Shown piece by piece: positions 45,534 to 54,500 of a DNA stretch of 64,000 nucleotides (its first letter is position 1; each line of letters starts with the position of its first letter). The stretch is from Pedosphaera sp. (GTDB taxonomy: Bacteria; Verrucomicrobiota; Verrucomicrobiia; Limisphaerales; UBA1096), in the NCBI GenBank assembly GCA_022451065.1, contig JAKUOU010000018.1:1490-65489 (forward strand), given 5' to 3'. The translations under genes were made by a program, and so were the position numbers. Under the pieces are notes generated by a model, which ran no database searches, was not told the DNA's origin, and saw nothing but the letters and a program-made list of their open reading frames with translations.

Positions 45534-45971
45534 ATGATTTTGGCCGAAACCGGCACTGATCCGCAGTTATTCCAGTACCTTGGCGTTTTATTCCTCGCGC
45601 TGGTGGTGGTCGCCTTTGCGGTCGGTACCATGTTCGCGTCGAAGCTGGCCGGCTGGTATTTCGGCGCGCGCAAAGCCAGGGCATTCGGTCGCCACAAGCC
45701 GACCAAGGACACTCCGTATGAGTGCGGTATGTTACCGGTCGGCGACGGCAGTTCGCGCATGTCGATCAAGTTCTACCTCGTGGCGATGCTGTTCATCCTA
45801 TTCGACATCGAGGTGGTGTTCCTCTATCCGTGGGCGGTGGTGTACAAGGACATGCTCAGCGACCCGGCCTCGGCAAATCTGATCTTCGGCACGATGGTCT
45901 CGTTCCTTGGCATTCTTTTCATCGGCTACATTTACGCCATCAAGAAAAACGCCTTCGACTGGAAAAGCTGA
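45534..45971 (+). CDS. nuoA: NADH-quinone oxidoreductase subunit A
   Basis: PYECGMLPVGDGSSRMSIKFYLVAMLFILFDIEVVFLYPWAVV is the diagnostic NuoA/ND3 motif. Three TM helices. No nuoB follows. Confidence 0.85.
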   Translation: MILAETGTDPQLFQYLGVLFLALVVVAFAVGTMFASKLAGWYFGARKARAFGRHKPTKDTPYECGMLPVGDGSSRMSIKFYLVAMLFILFDIEVVFLYPWAVVYKDMLSDPASANLIFGTMVSFLGILFIGYIYAIKKNAFDWKS

Positions 45972-46008
45972 CCCCTCTCCGGCGCTTGGCCAACCGCTCT
46001 CTCAAGCC

Positions 46009-47454
46009 GTGAAATCTCCGATCCATTTTGGCACCTCAGGCTGGCGCGGACTGATCGCCCACGACTTCACGTTTGAATATCTCCGCCTGGCCACGCAAGG
46101 GCTGGCCCTCACGCTCAAGTCAGAATTGCGTCGCAAAAACTCCCCGATCCATGACAAACGCCCGCTGGTCGTGATTGGCCACGACACGCGTTTTTTGGGC
46201 CGTAAATTCGCCCTGGCCGCGGCGGAGATTTTGCAGCAGGCAGGCCTTGAGCCGCTGCTGACCCAGCGCGACGCGCCGACGCCGGTGATCGCCTTGGGCA
46301 TCCGTCACAAAAAAGCCATCGGCGGCGTAAATATCACCGCCAGCCACAATCCGTTTGGCTACTCGGGTTTCAAGTTTTCAATGCCGAACGGTGCCGGAGC
46401 CCCGCCGGAGTTCACCGGAAAAATCGAGGCACACACAGAGAAACTTTTAACCAAGGGTTGGCAACCAAAGACCGCCGTGATAGGCACATTTAGTTGTTCG
46501 GAATTCAACCCTGCCCCGGCGTACCTCCGGCGCATTCGCAAGCTGATCGACTTGCGGGCCATTGGTAAAGCCAAGCTGCGTATCGCTGTTGAGTTGATGC
46601 ACGGGACGGGACGAGGCTACCTCGACACACTGCTCGAGGAGGCCGGTGCGAAAGTCACCCGTTTTCATGAAAACCTGAATCCCCTGTTCGGTGGCGGCTC
46701 GCCGGAGCCGAACGAATCCGGAATGGCCGAAGCAGCCCAATTCGTCCGCAGCGGCCAGGCCGACCTTGCGCTCGGCCTCGACGGCGATGCCGACCGCTTC
46801 GGCATCGTCGATCGCGACGGCACCTGGCTCACGCCGAACCAAGTGCTTGCGCTTGCGCTTTATCACCTCCGCAATAATCGAGGCATCAAGGGTGCCGTCG
46901 TCCGCACCGTACCGACGAGTCACCAAGTCGATGCCGTGGCGGAGTTGCTCGGCGTGAAGGTTCACGAGACGCCGGTCGGCTTTAAGCACATCGGCGCGTT
47001 GATGGAGAGCGAGCCGATCATCGTCGGCGGCGAGGAATCCGGCGGCCTGAGCATCCGCGGTCATATCCCGGAAAAGGACGGTGTGCTCGCCTGCCTGCTG
47101 ATGGCCGAGCTGGTCGCGATGGAGGGCAAGCCGCTGGGCCGTATCCTGCGCGATCTCGAAAAGCAAACTGGCGAATTTCACACCGACCGAATCAACATCG
47201 CCGTGCCGACCGCTGAGAAGGCAGCTATCCTCCGCAAACTTGCCGGTGGCCTCGATAAAATCGGCCGGTTTGTCGTGCAGCGGTTTATTACTACTGACGG
47301 TTTCAAGTTCCTGCTGCAGGAGGGCGAGTGGGTGGCTTTCCGCGCGAGCGGCACCGAACCAGTGATCCGCTGTTACCTTGAGGCCAAGAGTGCGGCGCAC
47401 TTGAAAAAACTCAAATCGGCCTGCCGCAAAATTCTCACCGGCAATAATCGATGA
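46009..47454 (+). CDS. Phosphoglucomutase/phosphomannomutase-family phosphohexomutase
   Basis: FGTSGWRG, active-site TASHNPFGYSGFK, metal loop GLDGDADRFG and GGEESGG. Start placed at the GTG at 46009 to avoid overlap with nuoA; the start is uncertain. Confidence 0.8.
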   Translation: MKSPIHFGTSGWRGLIAHDFTFEYLRLATQGLALTLKSELRRKNSPIHDKRPLVVIGHDTRFLGRKFALAAAEILQQAGLEPLLTQRDAPTPVIALGIRHKKAIGGVNITASHNPFGYSGFKFSMPNGAGAPPEFTGKIEAHTEKLLTKGWQPKTAVIGTFSCSEFNPAPAYLRRIRKLIDLRAIGKAKLRIAVELMHGTGRGYLDTLLEEAGAKVTRFHENLNPLFGGGSPEPNESGMAEAAQFVRSGQADLALGLDGDADRFGIVDRDGTWLTPNQVLALALYHLRNNRGIKGAVVRTVPTSHQVDAVAELLGVKVHETPVGFKHIGALMESEPIIVGGEESGGLSIRGHIPEKDGVLACLLMAELVAMEGKPLGRILRDLEKQTGEFHTDRINIAVPTAEKAAILRKLAGGLDKIGRFVVQRFITTDGFKFLLQEGEWVAFRASGTEPVIRCYLEAKSAAHLKKLKSACRKILTGNNR

Positions 47455-48854
47455 ATACCCCCACCGATCCACTGACATTTGCCAAGATACTCAAATTGAC
47501 GTCTGATTGGCTCTGGGGGATGCCACTACTGGTTCTACTGATCGGCGGTGGGCTTTACTTCACCATCTACTCGCGGTTCGTCCCTTTTCTGTATCTACGC
47601 CATAGCATCCAGATCCTGCGCGGCAAATTTAGCGATCCCAACGATCCCGGCGAAATCAACCACTTCCAGGCACTCTGCAGCGCCCTATCCGCAACGGTCG
47701 GCATGGGCAATATCGCCGGAGTGGCTGTGGCAGTGACTGAGGGCGGCCCGGGCGCGTTATTTTGGATGTGGGTCTGCGCGCTGGTCGGCATGGCAACCAA
47801 GTTTTTCACCTGCAGCCTCGCCATCATGTACCGTGGCAAAGACCACACAGGCCAGGTTCAGGGCGGCCCGATGTACTTTATCGTTGAGGGGCTCGGTACC
47901 AAATGGAAGCCGCTTGCGATGGCGTTTTGTTTCTTCGGATTGTTCGGATGCCTGCCGATGTTTCAATCCAACCAACTCACCTCCATTGTCAGTGAGATGT
48001 TCCTCAAGCCAAACGAGTGGTTTATTGACTCGGACAAAAATGTCACCACGCTTGGCCAAGGGCTGTTCGGTGTTTTGATGGCGATTTGTATCAGCGTGGT
48101 GATCCTTGGCGGCATAAAGCGCATCGGCAAAGTTGCCGCCCGTTTGATTCCGTTCATGGTGCTGCTCTACGGTAGCTGCGCACTGGTGATCCTTTTCACG
48201 CATGCCGCCCAGGTGCCAGAAGCGATCGCGTTGATTTTCAGCGACGCCTTCACCGGCGAGGCGGTTGCCGGAGGCGTACTTGGCGCGGTGATCTCGACCG
48301 GCGTGCGGCGAGCAGCATTCTCGAACGAGGCCGGCATGGGCACCGAGGCGATGGCCCACGGCGCAGCCAAAACCAAGGAGCCGATTCGCGAGGGACTTGT
48401 CGCCATGCTCGGCCCGATGATCGACACCTTGATCGTCTGCACCATCACCGGCTTGATTATCCTCAGCACCGGTGTTTGGCAGGAAACCGGCGACAACCCG
48501 GACGGCGTGCTTCTCACCGCCGAGGCTTTCACAAAAGGCATCCCGATCGCGGGTCCGTATCTGCTATTGGTATGCGTACTATGCTTTAGTTTTTCATCGA
48601 TGATCGGCTTTTCATATTACGTGACCAAGTGCGGTATATTTCTGTTCGGCCCGGGAGCTCGCATCCCAATGATCTTATTTTACCTCGCCGGAATTGTTGT
48701 GTCAGCGATTGTGAAACTAGATGACTTAATCAACTTCCTCGACATTATGTTCGGCATGATGGCTGTGCCGACAATTCTCTCCACCCTGCTCCTCTCGCCG
48801 AGGGTGATGGCCAAGGCACGCGAGTACTTCGCCGCACTTGACCAAGTGCGATAG
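47451..48854 (+). CDS. Alanine/glycine:cation symporter (AGCS family)
   Basis: FQALCSALSATVGMGNIAGVAVAVTEGGPGALFWMW and RAAFSNEAGMGTEAMAHGAAKT are AGCS hallmarks. The ATG overlaps the upstream stop. Confidence 0.85.
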   Translation: MNTPTDPLTFAKILKLTSDWLWGMPLLVLLIGGGLYFTIYSRFVPFLYLRHSIQILRGKFSDPNDPGEINHFQALCSALSATVGMGNIAGVAVAVTEGGPGALFWMWVCALVGMATKFFTCSLAIMYRGKDHTGQVQGGPMYFIVEGLGTKWKPLAMAFCFFGLFGCLPMFQSNQLTSIVSEMFLKPNEWFIDSDKNVTTLGQGLFGVLMAICISVVILGGIKRIGKVAARLIPFMVLLYGSCALVILFTHAAQVPEAIALIFSDAFTGEAVAGGVLGAVISTGVRRAAFSNEAGMGTEAMAHGAAKTKEPIREGLVAMLGPMIDTLIVCTITGLIILSTGVWQETGDNPDGVLLTAEAFTKGIPIAGPYLLLVCVLCFSFSSMIGFSYYVTKCGIFLFGPGARIPMILFYLAGIVVSAIVKLDDLINFLDIMFGMMAVPTILSTLLLSPRVMAKAREYFAALDQVR

Positions 48855-48897
48855 CATTTGAAATGCCGCCGCAGTCCCATTAGGTTGCCCGCGACTT

Positions 48898-49431
48898 ATG
48901 AGTACGACAGGAATCCCTTGGTATGTCTGGGCATTGATGACGGTTATCTGCTGGGGCACGTACGGCGTGTGCATGCACACCGGCTCCGCGAGCATGAAAA
49001 ATCCCGAGCACGGACGCATCATGGCCTTCCTCTGGGTTGGCCTGGCCTACTTTCTCACCGCCGTCATCGCGCCGCTCATTATTCTCAAGCTCAAGGGCGG
49101 CCCGGTTGATTTTTGGGCCTTCCCTACCAAAGGCTGGCAGTGGTCGCTCATCGCCGGGACGCTGGGAGCCATCGGTGCGCTGGGTGTGCTGCTCGCCTTT
49201 GGCGCATCGCCAAATCCGCCAGTGTACGTGCCGGTGGTCATGTCGATCATTTTCGCCGGCGCACCGATCGTGAACGCCGTTGTCAACACCACGAAAAACA
49301 ACGGCTGGGCCAACGTACAGTGGCCGTTTGTACTCGGCATCCTGCTGGCGGCACTCGGCGGCTATCTCGTCACCAAGCACGCCCCCAAGTCGGGCCCGCC
49401 TGCCGAGGCCAAGGCGTCCCCGACTCCGTGA
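48898..49431 (+). CDS. Hypothetical integral membrane protein (five predicted TM helices)
   Basis: 177 aa and hydrophobic throughout, with a loosely small-DMT/EamA-like appearance. Its stop overlaps the next gene's start (TGATG). Confidence 0.5.
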   Translation: MSTTGIPWYVWALMTVICWGTYGVCMHTGSASMKNPEHGRIMAFLWVGLAYFLTAVIAPLIILKLKGGPVDFWAFPTKGWQWSLIAGTLGAIGALGVLLAFGASPNPPVYVPVVMSIIFAGAPIVNAVVNTTKNNGWANVQWPFVLGILLAALGGYLVTKHAPKSGPPAEAKASPTP

Positions 49432-50714
49432 TGCCGGGCACGCCAGCCAGTAGCCGAGAGGAACCCGAGCGCATCCAACTGGCCAGACTGCAGGAGTTGC
49501 TCGGGGCTGTCCGGCCGTCGAACGCCTTCTACGAAACCAAGCTTGGGCAGGCTGGCATCGACGACACCATCGCATCGCTCGATGCATTTCGCTCGAACTG
49601 CCCGTTCACGACCAAGTCGGAACTCGCCGCCGATCATCAGGCTAACCCGCCCTACGGAAGTAACCTGACATATCCGCTAGAGCGCTACACGCGCTCCCAC
49701 CAAACCAGCGGCACCAGCGGCGCACCGTTGCGCTGGCTCGATACGCCGGAAAGCTGGCAGTGGATGATCGATAATTGGTGCGACATTTTTCGCGCCGCCG
49801 GCGTAAGTGCCGCCGACCGGATTTTTTTTGCGTTTTCGTTCGGGCCATTCATCGGCTTTTGGCTGGCGTTCGAGGCCGGCGAGGCGCTCGGCGCATTGAG
49901 CATTCCTGGTGGCGGCTTGAGCAGCGCGGCGCGGTTGCGGGCCATATTCACCCACGACGCCAACGTCCTCTGCTGCACGCCGACGTACGCCCTGCGCCTG
50001 GCCGAGGTGGCCAAGGAGGAAGGCATCGACCTGGCCAAGTCGCCGGTGCGCACGATCGTCGTCGCCGGCGAGCCGGGCGGCAGCATCCCGGCCACTCGTG
50101 CGCGGCTCGAGGAAGCATGGCCCGGCGCAACGGTTTTCGACCATCACGGCATGACCGAGGTCGGCCCGGTGACCTATCAATGCCCCGCCCAAACCGGCGT
50201 GCTGCACGTGCTTGAGGAGGCGTACCTGCCGGAAATCATCGACCAAAAAACCACTAAAGCGGTTGCCGCTGGCGAGACCGGCGAACTGCTGCTGACCACG
50301 CTTGGTCGCCACGGCTCGCCACTCATCCGCTACCGCACCGGCGACCTCGTCACCGCAGCCGTCGAGTCGCCGTGCCGCTGTGGCAGCCACGACTTGGCGC
50401 TGCAGGGCGGCATCCTTGGCCGCGCCGATGACATGGTGGTCGTGCGCGGCGTGAACGTGTACCCCAGCGCCGTCGAGGAAATCCTCCGCGGTGCCGGCGG
50501 TGTCGCCGAGTATCGAGTACGCATCAACCGCAACGATGCCCTCGTTGAAATGAGCGTCGAGGTGGAACCGGAAACCGTCGGCGACAATGCCTTGGTCAAG
50601 CGCCTAGCCAAGGCCTTTCAGGAAACGCTCGCGCTGCGCGTGCCGGTGAAGATTACCGAGGCCGGTGCCCTCCCCCGCTTCGATCTGAAGGCGAAGCGCT
50701 GGATCATCGAGTAA
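49431..50714 (+). CDS. Phenylacetate-CoA ligase-like adenylate-forming enzyme (PaaK / F390 synthetase family)
   Basis: HQTSGTSGAPLRW (AMP-binding P-loop analogue), HHGMTEVGPV and GRADDMVVVRGVNVYPSAVEEIL match PaaK-family motifs. Start trimmed to the ATG at 49431. Confidence 0.75.
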   Translation: MPGTPASSREEPERIQLARLQELLGAVRPSNAFYETKLGQAGIDDTIASLDAFRSNCPFTTKSELAADHQANPPYGSNLTYPLERYTRSHQTSGTSGAPLRWLDTPESWQWMIDNWCDIFRAAGVSAADRIFFAFSFGPFIGFWLAFEAGEALGALSIPGGGLSSAARLRAIFTHDANVLCCTPTYALRLAEVAKEEGIDLAKSPVRTIVVAGEPGGSIPATRARLEEAWPGATVFDHHGMTEVGPVTYQCPAQTGVLHVLEEAYLPEIIDQKTTKAVAAGETGELLLTTLGRHGSPLIRYRTGDLVTAAVESPCRCGSHDLALQGGILGRADDMVVVRGVNVYPSAVEEILRGAGGVAEYRVRINRNDALVEMSVEVEPETVGDNALVKRLAKAFQETLALRVPVKITEAGALPRFDLKAKRWIIE

Positions 50715-50759
50715 ATTTCACGGGAAGCCGTGACTCTCACAGGTAGCTTGGCCGACTGC

Positions 50760-53700
50760 TTACTTTTCGCTGCCGTTGCCGTTTTTTTCTTTTCGTTGCC
50801 ACTGTCGCTTGGCCGGCTCCGGCAGCGCGGTGTCCACCTTGGCGTAATAGCTGTCCGGACCGAGCATCTCGTTAACCTCGACACGCAACTGTTCCGAGGG
50901 GCGCACGAAATGTTTGTCACTCGTGTCAATGAACACCAGCCGGCCGTCCTGCTGCCGAATGCACAGGTACAACGGGCACCGGCCGGGATGACCCGTGGCG
51001 AGGCCGAGAATTTCATCCATCTTTTCCGGGCCAAGCTCGCTGCCATTGAGCCGGAACTGCACCTGCTGGGTGAACTTGGCCGGGGCGTCGTCGAGCGGGA
51101 TGATTTCCTGCGGAAAAATCTTGGGCGTGTTTTCGCTGTTGTTCGCTTCGCCGATGACGAGCACGGTCTTGTTTTCCAGGAGTAGTTCCTGGTACTTGTC
51201 GTAATTCTCGTTCATGCAAAGGACTTGAAACGAGTCCTTTAGGTCCTCGATGGTGGCAATGGCGTACGGCTTGTTGGTACGTCGGGAGATGCCGCGCTGC
51301 ACGGCGGCGATCAGCCCGCCGACGCGCGTCACTTTCCGGCTCTCGAGCGCCTTGACCGTCTCACTGTCGTGCAGGCAGTACTGCCCGAGCAGTTCGCGGT
51401 ACGGATCGAGCGGGTGGCCGCTGACGTAAAAGCCGAGCAGTTCCTTCTCGGCGGCGAGGATGTCGCCGCGCTCCCACTCAACGAGGTCGGGCACCTTGTC
51501 CTGCATCGATTTGCTGCTCTCCTCGAACGCGCCAAAAAGTGATGTCTGGCCGGACTCACGGTCGCGCGCCTGGCTGGACGCCTTTGCCAAGGCACGGTCG
51601 ATCACCGAGAACTGCCCCGCGCGCGTGCCGTCAAGGCCATCGCAGGCGCCGCTCTTGATGAGCGCCTCGAGCACCTTGCGGTTCACTGTCCGCGTGTCAC
51701 AGCGGTCGCAAAGGTCGAACAGGTCGGCAAACGGATCGCCGGTCTCCCGGGCCTGGATGATCTCCTCCACCGCAATGCTGCCGACACCCTTGATCGCAGC
51801 CATGCCAAAGCGGATGACCGAGCCGTCCCGAGCCGGGGCGAACAGCACCTGGCTTTCGTTGACATCCGGCGGCAGCACCTCGATGCCGAGCGACCGGGCC
51901 TCGTCGGTCAACACGCCCAGCTTGGCCGTGTCGGCCATGTCGTTGGTCATGTTGGCCGCAAGGAACTCGACCGGAAAGTGCGCCTTCAGGTAGGCGGTCT
52001 GGTAGGCCACCACGGCGTAGGCCGCCGCGTGCGACTTGTTGAAGCCGTAGCCGGCGAACTTCTCGAGCAGGTCGAAAATCTCATTGGCCTTACGTTTGGA
52101 AATGTTGTTGTGCTCGACGCATCCCTGCACGAACTGGACACGCTGTTCCTTCATTTCCTCGACCTTCTTTTTGCCCATCGCACGGCGCAGCACATCGGCG
52201 GCACCAAGCGTGTAACCGGCGAGCACCTGCGCGGCCTGCATGACCTGCTCCTGATAAATCAGAATGCCGTAGGTCTCCTTGGCGATCGGCTCGAGCAGCG
52301 GGTGCGGGTAATTGATCTCCACCTCGCCATGTCTGCGGCGTATGAAGTCCGGGATCAGGTCCATCGGTCCTGGACGGTAGAGCGCCACGAGCGCCGTGAT
52401 GTGCTCGATCGATCCAAGCTCGAACTTACGGCACAGGTCGCGCATGCCACCTGACTCCAGCTGAAACACACCGACGGTGTGACCGCTGTTCAGCTGGTCG
52501 TAGACTTTTGCATCATCGATCGGCACACGGTCCACATCGACCTCAACATCCCGCCATTGTTTCACCATCTCGCATGTATTACGAATGACCGTCAGCGTTT
52601 TGAGCCCCAGAAAATCCATTTTTAAAAGGCCAAGATCCTCCACCGGGCCCATCGGGTACTGGGTCGTGATGACACCGTCCTCGTCCTTCTTAAGCGGCAA
52701 AATATTGACCAGCGGCTCGGCCCCGATGACCACGCCCGCGGCGTGTACGGAGGAGTTTCGGGTGAGATCCTCCAGCACGAACGCAGTGTCGATCAACTCG
52801 CGCGTGACCTCCTCGTTGTCATAGGCTGCCTTTAGGTCAGGCGATTTTCGCAGCGCTTTCTTGAGCGTGATTTTTAGCTCGGTGGGCACCATCTTGGCCA
52901 GACGATCCCCCTCGCCGAAGCTCAACCCCATCACCCGGGCCACGTCGCGGATCACCGACTTGGCCCCCATCGTGCCGAAGGTGATGATCTGTGCCACCGA
53001 GTCGTCCCCGTATTTTTCGCGCACATACTGGATCACCTCCTCACGGCGGTCGTCGGCAAAGTCAATGTCGATGTCCGGCGGGCTAACCCGTTCCGGGTTC
53101 AGGAACCGCTCGAAGATTAGCCCGTAACGCAACGGATCGACGTTGGAGATTTCCAGCAGATAGGCCACCATCGATCCCGCCGCCGAGCCGCGCGCCACGC
53201 AGGCGATGCCCTGCTCGCGGCCATAACGCACGAAGTCACCGACGATGAGGAAGTAGCTGATGTAGTCCATCTGCTGCATGATCCGCAGCTCGTAATCGAC
53301 CCGCTCAATGAGTTCACCAACCGCCTTGGCCACGGCTGGATCGTCCAGCCCCGACCTGGCCTCCGGATCAGCATCCTCAGGCGGAGAGTAGTTGGGCAAT
53401 TGGCCGACATCGTCGAGCGACTCCACCACGAATGCGTCGCCATCTACACGAACCTGCATGCCGTAACGCTCCGAAAAGCCCTCCGCCAGAAACTGCCGCA
53501 AATAACCCTCGCGAGTGTGTCCTTGTGGTGGGTTAAAGACCGGGTAGTTCAGTTTACCAAACTCAATCTCGACGTTGCACTTCGCAGCAATTTCCATCGA
53601 GTTACGGACCGCGTCCGGTACCTCGGTGAACAGCGCCGCCATCTCGTCCGCTGATCGCAGGTAAAACTGCTCCTGAACGTAGCGCATTCGGTTCGTGTCC

Positions 53701-54404
53701 GAGAGCAACGCCTGCGTGCCGATGCAGATCAGTGAGTCGTGCGCGTGCGAGTCACTTTTCTCCACGTAGTGGACATCGTTGGTCGCCACCAGCTTGAGCC
53801 CCATGTCGGCGGCCCACGGAATGAGCTGGCGATTGACCTTGGCCTGCTCAGCGATGCCATGATTGTGCAGCTCGAGGTAATAGTTCTCCGGCCCGAAAGT
53901 TTGCTTAAACCAGTCTATCTGGTCGCGCGCCTTGTCGAATTCCTCGGCCAGGATCAGCCGGGGAATCTCGCTGGCCAAGCAACCGCTCAGGCAGATCAAC
54001 CCCTCGCTGTGCTGCACAAGCAGTTCCTTATCGATGCGCGGCTTGTAGTAGTAGCCCTCCAACTGCGCGGCGGTGGCCAGGCGCACGAGATTTTGGTAGC
54101 CGGCCTCGTCCTTGGCCAGTAGCACGAGGTGGTAGTACGCCTGCTTGCCGCGTGCGCCGGACTTTTTCTCGTGCCGGCTGCCAGGCGCGACGTACACCTC
54201 GCAACCGATGATCGGCTTGATATCCTTGGCGAGGGCAGCCCGGTAAAAATTGATCGCGCCGAACATCGCCCCGTGGTCGGTGATCGCAAGTGACTTGAAG
54301 CCCAGTTCGCTCGTCTTGTCGATCAGGCGGTCCACACGGCATGCTCCGTCGAGCATGGAGAACTCGGTGTGGCAATGCAGGTGAACGAATTCCGGTTTCG
54401 GCAC
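50760..54404 (-). CDS. dnaE: DNA polymerase III alpha subunit
   Basis: PHP domain FVHLHCHTEFSMLDGA, palm/fingers motifs (PDIDIDF, FERFLNPERVSPPD, GLLKMDFLGLKTL, FNKSHAAAYA) and an OB fold. 1214 aa. Confidence 0.95.
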   Translation of the reverse strand: MPKPEFVHLHCHTEFSMLDGACRVDRLIDKTSELGFKSLAITDHGAMFGAINFYRAALAKDIKPIIGCEVYVAPGSRHEKKSGARGKQAYYHLVLLAKDEAGYQNLVRLATAAQLEGYYYKPRIDKELLVQHSEGLICLSGCLASEIPRLILAEEFDKARDQIDWFKQTFGPENYYLELHNHGIAEQAKVNRQLIPWAADMGLKLVATNDVHYVEKSDSHAHDSLICIGTQALLSDTNRMRYVQEQFYLRSADEMAALFTEVPDAVRNSMEIAAKCNVEIEFGKLNYPVFNPPQGHTREGYLRQFLAEGFSERYGMQVRVDGDAFVVESLDDVGQLPNYSPPEDADPEARSGLDDPAVAKAVGELIERVDYELRIMQQMDYISYFLIVGDFVRYGREQGIACVARGSAAGSMVAYLLEISNVDPLRYGLIFERFLNPERVSPPDIDIDFADDRREEVIQYVREKYGDDSVAQIITFGTMGAKSVIRDVARVMGLSFGEGDRLAKMVPTELKITLKKALRKSPDLKAAYDNEEVTRELIDTAFVLEDLTRNSSVHAAGVVIGAEPLVNILPLKKDEDGVITTQYPMGPVEDLGLLKMDFLGLKTLTVIRNTCEMVKQWRDVEVDVDRVPIDDAKVYDQLNSGHTVGVFQLESGGMRDLCRKFELGSIEHITALVALYRPGPMDLIPDFIRRRHGEVEINYPHPLLEPIAKETYGILIYQEQVMQAAQVLAGYTLGAADVLRRAMGKKKVEEMKEQRVQFVQGCVEHNNISKRKANEIFDLLEKFAGYGFNKSHAAAYAVVAYQTAYLKAHFPVEFLAANMTNDMADTAKLGVLTDEARSLGIEVLPPDVNESQVLFAPARDGSVIRFGMAAIKGVGSIAVEEIIQARETGDPFADLFDLCDRCDTRTVNRKVLEALIKSGACDGLDGTRAGQFSVIDRALAKASSQARDRESGQTSLFGAFEESSKSMQDKVPDLVEWERGDILAAEKELLGFYVSGHPLDPYRELLGQYCLHDSETVKALESRKVTRVGGLIAAVQRGISRRTNKPYAIATIEDLKDSFQVLCMNENYDKYQELLLENKTVLVIGEANNSENTPKIFPQEIIPLDDAPAKFTQQVQFRLNGSELGPEKMDEILGLATGHPGRCPLYLCIRQQDGRLVFIDTSDKHFVRPSEQLRVEVNEMLGPDSYYAKVDTALPEPAKRQWQRKEKNGNGSEK

Positions 54405-54500
54405 GGGCTCAACTTAGCCGCAACGCTTAGCCAACGGCAAGTGGGACTATCGAATTAAGAATAATTTTCCTTGGCCCCAAGCAACATAGTCTAAAGAAAA

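Noticed and set aside
46447-47478. 343-aa ORF antisense to the phosphohexomutase gene
   Set aside because: This is a typical GC-rich shadow frame. The sense strand carries unmistakable PGM/PMM motifs (TASHNP, GLDGDADR), while the antisense translation is Arg/Ala/Gly-rich with no recognisable motif.
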